Shown here: positions 48,620 to 62,500 of the stretch, one piece after another
How the letters are laid out: each line of letters opens with the position of its first letter
Position numbering within the stretch: position 1 is the stretch's first letter
Origin: Takakia lepidozioides
Taxonomy: Eukaryota; Plantae; Bryophyta
DNA: 64,000 bases
Assembly (NCBI GenBank): GCA_030704615.1
Contig: CM060733.1
Coordinates: forward strand, 62,248,001-62,312,000
Direction: 5' to 3'
The notes under the pieces: generated by a model
What the model was told of the DNA's origin: nothing
The model's database searches: none
The model's input: the letters and a program-made list of their open reading frames with translations, nothing else
Made by a program: the position numbers and the translations under genes

Positions 48620-50220
48620 TGAATTTCGGCACCGAAATCTGGATGAACATCTCTGTCATGTAACAACTTTGGAAGCCAGGGGATGAATTCTGGCAACAGA
48701 AATCGTAATTTGTTTACCTCATTAAACTGACCAAGCACCCAACGGATGGATTTCGGTGCCGAAATTCGGATGAACTTCTTCTTCATTAAATTGTATCTGC
48801 ACATATGGGTTGAATTTAGATGCCAAAATACGGATGAATGTGTTCCTGATTACAGTCGTGATTCACCACGTGTCCGGATATCGGTGCCGACTTCCGAATG
48901 ACAGTAATCCTGAATCGGCAGAATGGATGTATTTCGGCGCCGAAATTCATTCTTCATCTCCTTTTCCGACCCTAATTCTGCTGCCCTGCGGATGGATTTC
49001 GGTGCCGGAATTCATCGGAAGTCCTTTTTGTTTTAATTTTTCTTTGCCACAGATGAACTTTGGCGCCGAATCTCATCCAAGTACTCCCTTTTAATTTTCC
49101 TTTTTCTTCGCGAGCAATGAATTTCGGCGCCGAAATTTAACCGAAATCCTCCCGATTTTTATTTTTCTTCGCGAGCATTGAATTTCGGCGCGCGAAATTC
49201 ATTCCAAGTCCTCCCGAAATTTTTTATTTCCTTCGCGAGCAATGAATTTCGGCGCCGAAATTCATCCGAAGTCCTCCCGAAATTTTTTATTTTCCTTCGC
49301 GAGCAATGAATTTCGGCGCCGAAATTCATCCGAAGTCCTCCCGAAATTTTTTATTTTCCTTCACGAGCAATGAATTTCGGCGCCGAAATTCAGCCGACTT
49401 CATCCCTCCAAATTCTTTTCAGGGTTTGAGCGCCGGATTTCGGCGCCGAAATTCATCCAATGCCCTCCCTCCAATATTTATTTTTCTTGAAATGGATCAA
49501 TTTCGGCGCCGAAATTCATCCTTACTGTCCGCAATGAGTAACTCTAATATTACATTTTCTATGCGACGGATGAATTTCGGCGCCGAAATTCGTCCAAACC
49601 CGGCACTTACTTTTTGCTTTTGGATGATAATTTTCCGTAAATCGTTGGAAATACCCCGTTCCGACGAATATAACAGGAATATTCTGCATTTAATGGAGAA
49701 ATCGGCATATTAAACCACTTCTGTCAAAATTAATTGCATTTTAGCCGTTTTTTTTCATTTGAAACCGACAGTATCCATTAAGTGGTCTTTTTCGCACGGG
49801 ACGTTGCCGCACATAAAGTATAATTTCGGCGCCGAAATTGTAGTTAAATGTCCACAAATGGCAAGTCCAGCAGGCATGGACAGCATCCGTCAGGGGCAAT
49901 GATGGCGGCAAAGCGTAGCATGGTGCCAATTTAGTCTTCGCTCTGGATGAATTTCGGCGCCGAAATAATGATGATTTCACCTCGTCTACGCGCGGACGGA
50001 GATATTCGTAATGAATTTCGGCGCCGAAATATGGATGAAATGTGCCCAAGTGCAACCGTTTTCACTGTCCCGGAATTAATTCCGGCTCCGATATCCCACT
50101 GACAGGTTTGCTCATGACGGATGAGGACTTCGGAAGCGATGAATTGCGGCGCCGAAATTCGTAAGTTTGCGTATGAAAGCACTTGAATAGGATGAATTTC
50201 GGCGCCGAAATTCATCCGTC
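48620..50220. repeat. Array of palindromes GGATGAATTTCGGCGCCGAAATTCATCC variants, including ~63-bp tandem units at 49050-49400
   Basis: 50190-50217 is a perfect 28-bp palindrome. About 20 copies. Confidence 0.95.
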
Positions 50221-50786
50221 CGCTGTTGAAACGTACCGACCTGACTGTTGAATGTCATAGGCAGGGGATTTTCATGGCGGTTGGGTTTCATGATGTGCGG
50301 ATATTTCATTCAATGCCGGCTGCTCCGGGAACAGCATCCGGTGAACGGAAGGTATTTCGGTGCTGCAATTCGGATAAACCGTCTGTACTGGTGGCTGGAA
50401 CTGGCACGCGTCATGTTCCAGTCGACTTCATCCGTGCGAACGTGTCAGGGGTCACAATCTCTTCATCACCCATACGGCAAAAAGTGTTGGACGGTGGCAA
50501 CGCTTCGGGAGACGTGGCTGCTTACGCATCTGCTCGTGCATAGTGGTTGCATGTTCCACCGCTTCGCTCTCTCGCTCCTTGCCCTTCTGCAGTGACGTTC
50601 TCCTGCGTTTCCTCTCCTTATGCGGCATAGTGGTAGCATAGAGTTTGTGGAAGGTCAGGCGACTCCGGCAAAGAGGAGGACGCGGGATTTTGGGAAGCCG
50701 CCGACGACACGACTTAAGCTCCGTCTCATGCATGAAATGCAGACCTCGTTATCCGGAGACTCGGATCGCCCACCAATGAGAGATTC

Positions 50787-52672
50787 GTGCTTCGCGGATG
50801 TGAAGCACTCCATACGCAATATTCCTTTTACACCTTTGTTTCCTGTTTGTTTGACATGGGAGCTGGGGAGGGATCGCAGGGGGGCGAGGCAACACAGTCA
50901 ACTTTGGATACTCCTGCCCGGGTGCTGCGCTCACAAGGTGGAAGTGCATCGAGGCAGACGAGTCCTCATTCAACACCTCAGATATCGCCTCCGAAAAGCC
51001 CACCTAGAGTTCGGAAGCCGAGAAAGCAGAAGGAGCCCATGGCTTCGCCAGTAAAACCCCTAGGGAGACTGGAAGCGGAGATATTGGGTTTGCAGTCAAT
51101 TTCAGAAAACACAGATGCGGTGGAGGCCGCTGGAGATGTGGGAGTCGGATCTGCAGAAGGGCGGCCCATTCAGCTGACAGAAGGAGAGGACGATAACGTG
51201 GTACGACTTGGCGACAATCAGAACCTGCTGGAGCTTGGGGAGGAGCAAAACCTCCAGGACAGTACACAGGCTGGTGAGAGGGGTGAGGGAAGTGACAGAG
51301 GTGATACAAGTAAGAAACTGGTGGTGGGTATGCTCATGAGCGCACGAGACATGAACATAGCAGCAAACAGGTTGCTGGCAGAGACTCATAGCAACATAGG
51401 CCGCGTTTTGGGCTCCATGGTGTATCCGGAGAACCTCAAAGTTCCTTTGTGTCGCATGGTAAGCCTTCCAGTTGTAAGGCAAGCACTGCCAGGGGATATC
51501 GATCGACTGAAGCACAACTTCAGAGGAGGGTACGGACGGGGGTCGGCAGCATTCTACGTTTCCATTGAGAATGACCAGGGTGTCACAAGGGGCCCCACTG
51601 CAGAGGAGCTTCAGAATTGGGGCCCCCACTGGCACACTGTTAATGCCGAGTTTGAAGCCTATCTGAAGACTAATCCCACATTCGCACACATGGAAGGGAA
51701 GATGTTCTTCGTTTGGGACGGGAACCACAGGATGCTTGCCTGGACAGAGTACATTGCTGAAATGAATCCGCAAGATATCAGTTGGCATTACATGGTGGAC
51801 TGCATTGTCGTAAAGGTGGACGTCAGGGACAGAGGACTGTTGAAGGGTGCCATGGCGGATATAAATCTGTAAGTATACAATTACATCCTTGTGTACTACC
51901 TATTGCGGCGCCGAAATAGGCAATGTTCACCACTGTCATGCACTCTATGAACTGGAAATTGGATTGTTGTGCCGAAATCATATTTTCATGTTGTTTTTTT
52001 TCTCCATGGCAGGGTAACAGAGGGGGCCTTCGTGGAAACTCATCTGGCACATACGCTCTACAGAGTGCAAGAAGTGGGGACAGCTCCGCTGACGGACTTC
52101 CAAAAGTCCCTCGATCCCGAGCTGTACAGGAAGTCCCTAGCGAAAGCAGATCGCACCTGGTACCGACCAACACTGGACGCCATGGTGGAGATCCTCTATT
52201 CGGTGAGGTTCATCTCAAATTTCAGTATCAATTTAATGTTATTTGTTGCAGGGATCCATGGCCTGACTGTATCTGCTGGGTATGGGAATGCAGATGAACA
52301 TCAGGGATGACTTGGCCTATGCCAAAAGGCAGTTCTTTGAGAATGATGCCCCCAACAAGGCGGACGCGTCGATAGAGAGTCATATTGTGCAGGCAGGGAA
52401 GCAATCCCGGACCAAGTACAGGTCCAAACTTGTTAAGCAAGTTGCAATCGCTGACCCTGGTCTTGGTGCCGAGTTCCTGGCGGAGATAGGACTGCATTAC
52501 TCCAGACCCATGAAACCGGAAATGTCCATGGAGAAACTTCATCACATCGCAGTGTCCTGTGTTGAGCCGGCGGAGAAGGTAAACATGTGTTTATTCTTGT
52601 TTTGTGACTTATCGCGATTCTTATGCTGGAGTTCTTGTCTGACCGATGTGAGGTGGCTGCAGACGAGGTGGC
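50787..52672 (+). pseudogene. ParB/Srx-like cargo gene, copy C; truncated by the 117-bp array
   Basis: KMFFVWDGNHRMLAW at ~51700-51745. Introns (donors ~51869, 52204, 52579) are at the same positions as in copy B. The TRWL exon is cut at ~52672. Confidence 0.85.
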
Positions 52673-53726
52673 TGTTTGGTGCTTCCAACTATGGGGTTTT
52701 TTGACATGGCATTCTGGCCTTGTGTGGCCCATTTTGAAATCAAAAAACAGGCTGAGAGAGGGGTTAAAATAGTGTGCGTTGACGCACAGTGTTTGGTGCG
52801 TCCAACTATGGGGTTTTTTGACATGGCATTCTGCCCTGTGTGGCCCATTTACACATCAAAAAATTAGCATAAAGGGGAGCACAAACAGTTTGCTTTGAAG
52901 CACACTGTTTGGTGCTTCCAATTAGGGGTTTTTTGACATGGCATACTAGCCTTGTGTGGCCCATTTAGACATGAAAAAACAGGCTGAGATGGGGGCACAA
53001 ACAGTGTGCGTTGACGCACACTGTTTGGTGCTTCCAACTATGGGGTTTTTTTTTACATGGCATTCTGGCCCTGTGTTGCCCATTTAGACATCAATGAACA
53101 AGAATAAGGGGAGCACAAACAGTGTGCTTTCAAAGCACACTGTTGGTGCTCCCAATTAGGGGTTTTTGGACATGGCATTCAGGCCCTGTGAGGCCCATTT
53201 TGAAATAAAAAATCAGGCTGAGAGATGGGCACAAACAGTGTGTGTTGACGCACAGTGTTTGGTGCGTCCAACTATGGGGTTTTTTGACATGGCATTCTGG
53301 CCCTGTGTGGCCCATTTACACATCAAAAAATTAGCATAAAGGGGAGCACAAACAGTTTGCTTTGAAGCACATTGTTTGGTGCTTCCAATTAGGGGTTTTT
53401 TGACATGGCATACTGGCCTTGTGTGGCCCATTTAGGCATCAAAAAACAGGCTGAGATGGGGGCACAAACAGTGTGCGTTGACGCACACTGTTTGGTGCTT
53501 CCAACTATGGGGTTTTTTTTTACATGGCATTCTGGCCCTATGTTGCCCATTTAGACATCAATAAACAAGCATAAAGGGGAGCACAAACAGTGTGCTTTGA
53601 AGCACAGTGTTTGGTGCTTCCAATTAGGGGTTTTTTGACATGGCATACTGGCCCTGTGTGGCCCATTTTGAAATAAAAAAACAGGCTGAGAGAGGGGCAC
53701 AAACAGTGTGTGAAATAGCAGCCCCC
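52672..53726. repeat. ~117-bp tandem array (~9 units, alternating subtypes) ending in MULE-type terminus TGAAATAGCAGCCCCC
   Basis: TTTGGTGC(T/G)TCCAA recurs at ~52674, 52792, 52908, 53025, 53143, 53258, 53375, 53491 and 53610. Terminus at 53711-53726. Confidence 0.9.
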
Positions 53727-56596
53727 TTGTGATGGCTGTGTGAACACCCGTATTCTTTGTTATGGCCATACACATTCTGTTTAACAACAAGTGCTTCATG
53801 CTCCGTTGGTGTTACTGGTGTAGGCTGTAATGACATCAGGGTTTCAAGATGCAAATCATGCTGCAATGGTTTGTCATGGATACCACTGTACCCCTTCAAC
53901 TTATTGGCATTGACTCTTCCAAGCATCTCTTTGTTAATGGTTTGTAACATGGTTGTGTTGTTATCATACATCTTCTGTATGACATAAGGTCCTTTCCATG
54001 GCGACTTAAGCTTAGTAGCTTTAATCTTTCCCTTCTCCTACAACCATAGTACCAAATCACCCGTCTTAAAAGTCTTCAATTTACCTTCATCAACTGATCA
54101 TTCCTCTTCATTTGAATTCTGGTCATGTTATCTGCTGCATCCGCACGTACTTCCTCCACATGATATAATTCATGTTTCCTGACTTTAATTGAATCCTTCA
54201 ATTCCATTCTTCTTCCCCATTCCGTTCTCATAGTAGGTAATAAGAATTCTACTGGAAGTAAAGCTTCCATACCATAAACTAATTGGAATGGTGTATACTT
54301 GGTTGTGACTTTATAAGAAGTCATGTATGACCACAAAGCTGTCAATAGCTTTGTATCCCAATCCGTTCTGTTTGCATTGACTATCTTAGCCAAGATAGTG
54401 CATAGTATGTTGTTGGTGGTCTCTGCCTGCCCATTGCCCTGTGGGTAATAGGTTGTACTCTTCCTATTCACAATCATGAACTCTTTAGTCAATAATTCTA
54501 TGGTCTCATTAATGAAGTGACTTCCCTGGTCACTGAAATTCCAAAGGACAGCCAAATCTCGTGAGTATGTTCTCATACAGGAACCTTGCTATGGACTTAG
54601 CTGTGTTCTCCTTCAGAGCCTTAGCTTCCACCCACTTTATAGTATAATCAGTGGCTGTGATTATATATTTGTTCTGTGTATTCCTGGCTGGTGGATTAAT
54701 TGGTCCAACAAAGTCTAGTCCCCATTTCTGAAATGGTTCAGTAGGCATCGTAGGATGCAAAGCCATCTTCCCACATCTTTGCAAAGGTCCTAGCCTCTGA
54801 CACTCATCACAACTCTTGCAATACTTGTGTACATCTTTGAACAAAGTAGGCCACGAGTAACCTGCAAGTAATATTTTTCTACTGGTAGTCTCCTCTCCAA
54901 AATGTCCTCCAGCCACTCCTTTATGAACTTTCTCCGAAACTTTATTTACTTCATGGTGGTACAAGCATCGTTTAAGAACTCCATTAGGTCCTAGCTTATA
55001 CATTCTGCCACCTATCATAGTATAGGGTAAAGCCTTGATAGCTATTCTCTTCCTCTATTCCTTCCCATAACTGGGTGGGCACTGACCATGAGTAAGGTAG
55101 TATCTGATTGGCCACTGCCAATCTAACCAATCATCTGCACTTCCTTGCACCTCCACTGCAAATAGACTCGCATCAGATAGTTGGTCGTCTACTCCCGTGG
55201 CGGGCTCTCTTGTTGATAGGCGTGACAAGTGATCTGCCACAAGATGCAAACGGCCAGGCTTGTAAACAACTTTGAATTCAAACTCGTGCAAGATTATTAA
55301 CCATCTTACTATCCTGCCACTTATCACAGGCTTGTTCACCAAATAAATCAAAGCCTGATGATCCACATAAAACATAAACTTCATTCCCAATAGGTAATGC
55401 CTGAATTTCTTGACTGCATAAATCATTGCCGATGCTTCTCTTTCAGTTGTGCTATAGTTCCTTTCAGCACTGTTCAACAACCTGCTAGCATAGTACACAG
55501 GTGAATCTATGTTTCATGTGACATTTTGGGCTAACACAGCTCCCAATGCTTCTCTTGAGGCATCACAATGTACATGAAATACTACATGCCAGTGAGGGTT
55601 AATCAGCACAGGTGTAGTTATTACTGACAATGTAAGTGCTTCAAATGCTTGTTGATATTCAACTGTCCATGCAAACACTGCATCCTTCTTCAAAAGCTTG
55701 CTCAATGGAGCTGCCATCTGTGCATACCGTTTGACAAACCTTCTATAATAAGTAGTTTGTCCAAGGAACCTCCTTAGACCCTTAACGTTACTTGGTGGTG
55801 GTGAGGCTTTAATAGTCTCTGTCTTTCTAGGATCCACAAGCAGTCCCTTCTTACACACAATGTGTCCCAGTAGTACCCCTTAGTTCACACAGAAAGTACA
55901 TTTTCCGGATTCAGAGCAAGACCTCTCATCCTGCCTCTGGCCAAACATAATTCAAACTTCTGCAAGTGCTCATTCTTAGAGCTGTACACACTGAAGTCAT
56001 CTAAGAACACTTGCATAAAATCATCCAAATACTCATGGAAGGATTCACTTATCACTCTCTAAAAAGTTGCTGGTGCATTACAAAGTCCAAAAGGCATGAC
56101 TTTGTATGCATAAGCACCCCAGTTTGTGATGAAAGCTGTCTTTCCCTGGTCTTCTTCCGCCACTTGCACTTGGTTATACCTACTGAAGCCATCCATGAAT
56201 GAGTACATCTCATGGCCTGCCACAGTGTCCAGTACAGCTTCTATGAATGGCAAGGGAAAGGGATCTTTCTTTGTACAAGCATTCAACTTCTTATAATTCA
56301 CACAAATTCTCAGTTTACCATTATTCTTGGGAACTATCACTATGGGTGACAACCAAGTTGTATACTCTATCGGGTATATGAACTAAGCCTCAGCCAGCTT
56401 CTTAATCTCTTCCCCTACCTTCTGTGCATAGTTGGGATTCATCCTGTACCTTGCCTATTTGATTGGTACTGACCCTGGTTCCAGTTCAATCTTATGCTGA
56501 CAAATCTCAGGGGGTATCCCTTTCAGATCCTCATAGCTCCAAGCAAATACATCTTTGTATTTGATAAACAGGCTCTTAGCTTCCTCAAAGAATTCC
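53727..56596 (-). mobile_element. Ty3/Gypsy fragment G5: RT, RNase H, integrase; disrupted
   Basis: ORFs 56059-56352, 55514-55858, 55055-55498, 54530-55018, 54076-54576 and 53624-53971 with canonical motifs. Confidence 0.95.
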
Positions 56597-59500
56597 TATT
56601 AATGCAACGACAGCGGGAAGGGGTGCCAGTGATCTCGCGTCGCGTCCGAACTCGGACAGAAAGTGCGGTTTACGAATCAGCCTCTACTCCCGTATCACCC
56701 GGCCGCCTAGGGGATACTTTGTCTTTTGGGATATTAGTCTGTTAGAAATCAGTCTGTTGTCGCGCAAATTACTCTACGCCAGTCTCTTCGTCAGTCTTTT
56801 GAACCTTCCGTCTGCTGGACTGTCCGTGCAGTGGCATATAAGTCTGTTGTTGCGCAAGTTTGTTTGCAGTGGGTCTGTTCGGCCGTTATGTCATTAGGTG
56901 TAAGTTTGCTGGACGCAATAAATGCAGCGACGGCGGTAAGGAGGCCTAGTCACGTCACGCCACGTCATCAGTCTCCGCACCAGACTCCGCACTCGCCTTA
57001 GTCTCTTCGTCAGTCCGCTTAACCTCAGTCGTCAATTTGTCCTTGCGGTGGCATATGAGTCTGTTGTCGAGGGTACTGGGTCTGCTTGGCCGTCTTTGTC
57101 ATCAAGAGTAAATCTGCTGGACTTAATGAATGCGGCGATGGCAGACTGACAATAGTCCCACTCGTCCCGTCTGCCTCAGTCTCTTCTTCATTCTGTTGAA
57201 CCTTCCGTCTGTTGGATTGTCCGTCAGTGGCATACGAGTCTGTCCGTGCAGTGGCATACCGACAGCACGTGTGAGGGGTCTGCAACTATTTAATGTGATG
57301 GCGGCAAAAAATGGGTGCCAGTGAAATCTCGCCACATCACTCCGCGACATGCGTCGGCATGCAGGGTTATATCTATTCTCCACTTACCGCTGGACTTCTT
57401 TCGCACTGTTTCGTTTTAGGCCCGTCCACCTCCCATTTGTGCAAGCCCGCTTTCCTTGTGCGTGTTAGCTTTTCGAGGCGCGGACAGTCGCGTGAGCACC
57501 GAATCGTCGCAACAATCATCGCCTCCGCAACACGCCCGGTGAGCTTTCTTCTTTGTGCTTTGGTTTATTTCCATTCTCTTTTCCGGTCTTCTCTGCTTTC
57601 TTATTCTTAGTCTGTCTGTCGCTCATTGCCGCTGCATCTCTTGTCTGATTCTGCAGCCATGGAGGATGCTTGTGAAAAGGGTGGAGCGGACTGGTTGCAT
57701 TTCGTGCACAAGTCCAAGCTAAAAGAGCAAAGGTACTGGTACTCATCTGAGGAGTATGATGCAAAAATAGTCAAAGCATTCTTAGACCTCCGCGCAATCA
57801 AGCCTGCAGAAGGATAAGCTTCACTGTCCCTTTCTGTAGTGAAATTATCAAGGACAAAGTGCAGCTAAACCGCCATTGTGTTGACACGGGTTGCAAAAAA
57901 AAGCGCCACATCCCACCTGGCTTCAAGCCGTGGCCAATTCAAAGTTCAATGAGGGTGGTGAATGCGGCTACCGCCAGACTCCGCGGCGCAAACCCAAAGA
58001 CCCGCACTTTGGCATAAGTGCGCGCACGATATGGGGTGGGTTCTACTGTTTCAATGCAAGATGTGCATGGCCTGACATCGCCATCGCCTGTGGCTCCCAG
58101 AAAAATGAAACTTAGTGATGGGGCCCAAAAGAAGGAAAGAGAAAAAGGCTACAAGGTATGCTCGGGAGGCGAGGGCAAAATCTCAACAATAGACTCGTCC
58201 CCAAGACAGTCGGGAAGTGTCATGGGCTATGCCAGGGAGACGGTCTACGTAGCAGACGCAGACCATCAGTGAGAGTCAGTCTACTGAGCCATCTGTAGAC
58301 ATCATCCGGAATGATGGATTCGCATGTCTGGGAGGGGTCTCGTCTTCCGTCGACATTGTCTTGCCTGACCAGTCAAGGGTTCATGTGGACGAAGTCCAGT
58401 CGAAAGAGACTAGCAGTGGAGTCTGTCCTAGCACATTGCGCCTGATACCATTTGGGCTTCTCCCATCGGTGTGCCCACCAGTGGACGATCCAAAGTTCTT
58501 CTGTTTTTTCTACAGTTTCGCCCAGTCTGGACATTCTCAGCAGAACCATCCGAGCAGCGGAGGAAAATTGGTTGAGCTCTCTTGAAGATGAGGAGGACGT
58601 CTGTGTCGACGAGGAGGAGGAGGTAATGCCCAGTCTGTCCCCACAGTTGGTAGTCTACCTGCTCGGTCTGCTGCATCAGTCTGCTTGTGGATTTGCTGGT
58701 TAGTCCCATGAGTTTGCTCGTCTTGTAGTTGAGTCTGTTGGAGTCCGCTGGTTCATTTGTTCTGTGCCACAATGCTGGTGAGTCTGTTGCTAGTGAGTCC
58801 GATGCTGAGTTTTTGGGTTTTCTGTCATATACCAGAATGAACGAGCCAGTATTTGGGAGGCCATGTGTGCTTGGCGGACGGTGAGCTCCAACCCTCCTTT
58901 AGCAGTGAATGCGATGCGCCGGGAAATGGAGCGGGTGCGGGAGTACATCTTGTTCAAGTATCCTGGCTCAGCAGATGCCATAGCAGCACTGGACTCTGCA
59001 GACAAAGCACGCGCCAACTCTCCGGTCAACACCATGCTGACTGCAGACTCGGTGGACACAGAGCCCACCCAATCTTGCATCCAGCAGACTCTTGCCCACC
59101 AGACTCTTTCCCAGTAGACTCCCATCCAACACGTCTTGGCCACCAGACTCACAGTCAGCATAGTCTTGTCCAGCACACTCCCATGTACCAGACTCTCGTC
59201 CAGCATACTCCCATCCATCAGACTGCTTTGCAGACTCCCAGCCAGCAGACTGCTATTCCGGAGACTCCGAGGCACTATACTGCTATTTAGGAGACTCCCA
59301 GCTAGCAGACTGCCACCCAGAAGACGCCCATCCACCACAGTGTTGTCTAGCAGACTCCAAGCCAGCAGACTCCCATTGTCACGACCACCACGGGACTTTT
59401 TGGAGTTTGGCGCTCGCCATTGCCGCTCATTGATCCCGAAGCTGTGGACCTGACACTTGCCCAACAGAGGGTGGGGGAAGTCAATGCCAATGTTGATTGA

Positions 59501-62500
59501 AGTGAATGAAGTTCTCGAAAGCGCACATTCTGTTGCCCTAGCAGCCACAAAGGTCCAAAATGCCCCGCCACTGCTTAACCCATTAATCCTCATGGATGAC
59601 CCACGGCCTTAGGAACTCAGACATATGCCCATGGCACATCCTACCTTTGGGGTGCGGGGAAAGCACTTGTTTGGAATTATTGAAGAGTACTTTGATCGCA
59701 TTGCTAATTCTTTCCTTCACCATCGATGGATGCAGTTCGGCAATTTCCGTTCATACAGTAAATTGGTAAATGACCTGCAAAGTTTGAGGAAGTATTTGTT
59801 TCATCCAGATTCGGATGCGGGTAAGAAGAGTGTTGTGGATGAGGCATTGCAATGGTTTGTTGCGGTAATGGAGCGAGCAGTGTTCAACATTGTGTTGAAC
59901 AGACCGGATGTGTTCAAAGTCCTCTGGTGCGACTCCCCATTTGAATACCGCATGCCAACGATTCGCCATCTCGATGGAGCATGCTTGGAACGCCAAATCA
60001 AAGATATTGGTCTCATTGGCAACCTCCTAGAAGGTAATGTCGACTTCTTCTGGACCGTTGTGAAGTTCATGGTCTTTTCTTCCACCATGCTGTCAGACTC
60101 ACTTTGTCCAACTCATCTGTTTCAGGAATGTCCGATTTAGACGAGCACGTGCAGTGTGCTTTCGATTCCCTTGCCAGAGGTGCACGAGATGTTGTGTTGG
60201 CATTACAGGGACTCCATGAGACCGTTCAGCAGACTGTTGAAGACACCATTGCTCAGCAGACTGACCCACTGCAACAAAAAGAGCATGGACAGACTGTCAA
60301 CACTATCCCAGCCAATGTTCAGGAGAGTGGGCGCACTACAGGCCACACGGAGGACGAGGAGACTCATGAGCAGACCGGCGAGCAGACTGAAGGACTGCCT
60401 CTGCACCAGACCGTGCAGCATACCAATGACGTGGCTGTCAAGCAGACCGTCCAGCATACCAATGACCAAACCGGGCTGTAGACGGATGACCTGGCTGTGC
60501 ACCAGTAGACCGTGCAACATACCAATGACCAGACCGTCCAGCAGACTGAAAGCAGTCACCACAATGACAGTGCCCTGCAGACTGTCCAGCAGATTCACGA
60601 CCACACTGACTCGGAGGACCCAACTACACTTCCTGTCCACCAGTCCGGATCCTGGCTTATTGAACAGAGTCGGCTGCACTGGCCTCAACTGGACCCTGTC
60701 TCTAAATTTTTGTGGAGTTCTATCAGTGCATTGACGGAGTCTTCTTTTCCCGCCGGGCCATCTTCACATATTGGCGCATCATTTGAGGATATAAGCCGGT
60801 CACCTGTAAACCATTCTTTTCCAATGCCCCATGGCCTGCCATCTATTTTCATTCAGCTCAGCCCGATTTTGGTTCGTTCACTTGCAAAAGCTTTAGATGA
60901 TTCTTACGTGACCGACCGCAATTTGGGAACTCAACCCCGTATCATTGACCTTACTGAAGAACTTGACGATGTAGTTGTCGCGGATAATTTAGATGTCGGC
61001 GGTAGTCAAGCTTTTTCTGCATCAGACCCTGAAAAGACAGTTGACTTGCAAGTTGATAGATTGATCTCATCCCTGCAAGAGTAGACCGACCACGAGAGTG
61101 TCCACCAGGCTGAACAACAGACTGACCAGAGCAAAAAGCAGACTGAGCACCAGACTGACCAGACTGAGAACACAGAGCAGCAGACTGACGCTGGACATGG
61201 ACAGACTAAGGGCCAACATGCCGTTCCCCCCACCCACAAGAGTGTCCACCTGACTTGACATCAGACTAACCAGAGCGGCGAGCAGACTGAGCACCAGGCT
61301 AACTAGACTGAGGATACTGAGCAGCAGACTGACGCTAATATTGGACAAACTGAGGGCCAACATGCCACGCACACAGAGTCTGTCATAGTGCCCTTAGCTA
61401 CAGCAGGTCCGGACTTGGGCGTTCAAGCAGAGGAGCAGTCTGCCCATGCGCTTCCTTCCAATGACGCCGCACAGGTTGTGCCCTGCCGTCTTTCACCTCT
61501 GTGATTTCAGACTTATGTTCAATTTCTGTGTATTGACAGGATCTGTTGTACCTACAGGATGTTCACCCCACAGACCTCAGGACACCGTTTCCCTCCCAGG
61601 CAATTCCACAACCCGCCCATGCTGCTCACGTTGGCTCCACAACCAGAAAATGTGGCTTACTTACAACGCCAATAGATGCACGGATTAGTTCAACGCATGC
61701 GACCCGTGAGGCTGCCAAGACAGGTCCTGCAAGTGTGAACAAACCTGCAGACACAGTCGTGTTGCAAAGCAAAACCGCATCACTTCGTCAGTCTGCTGAA
61801 TCGAACCCGGCCACAGTAGTCGCCAAATCCCAGGGCACAAGTAGAGTGAAGAAGCGGACTGTCGTGGAGCAGACTAAGGAAGCTCGGGAGGGTCCTGTTG
61901 CGAAGAAACCTGCGAAGAAAGGCAAGTCCGCTGTCTTCATGAACAAGGACCGTAAAATGGCATTGGATATGGACAAGGAAGTGGTTCTTCAGCGACAAAT
62001 GCACCAGTGAGTAGTCCTCCTAGTCTGCTGAGTCTGGTCACTCCAGTCTGCTCAGAAGTGTGAGTTTGCTCAGTCCGCTCGGTCTGGTGAGTCTGGTGAG
62101 TCCGCTCAGTCCGCTTGGTGTGGGCAGTCTGTTGAATGGAGTCAGTCCGCTCAGACCGTTGCGTACATGGGTTTTCACACAGGGCCGTGGTCTGTGTGCA
62201 GGTTGGGTTCTCGTTTTGCCGCGGCCCTGCGACGGAATGTCGCGGCCGGCCATGCCATGGTTCAGTTTTATGAAGGGGACCCCCGGTATGAGTACTCCAT
62301 CGGGCCTCCAAACTTGAAGCCACTTGAGACGGTGGAGTCGGAGTGCACAGATTGAATGTTGGAGCTGTGGTGTCGTTTCTATGAGAAGACGGTTGAGGAG
62401 AAGTACTCAAGTATTGTTGCTCTTCTGCCAGCCTCAACGTGGTCTCTTATGATGACATACTGGGATGGGCCACAAGAAAGGCTAGTGGACAATCTGCATT

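Larger units (their letters stand above)
42700..52672. mobile_element. MULE copy C (diverged subfamily): TIR-like GGGGTTGCTATTCCATGAGC, orphan ORF, transposase (-), palindrome array, ParB-like gene (+, truncated)
   Basis: Same layout as copy B. CATGAGC repeats at 42713-42770. Confidence 0.8.

Noticed and set aside
56590-56620. CACTA or Helitron terminus at the junction with Gypsy G5
   Set aside because: No CACTA/CACTG, and no convincing A|TC start or CTRR|T end.
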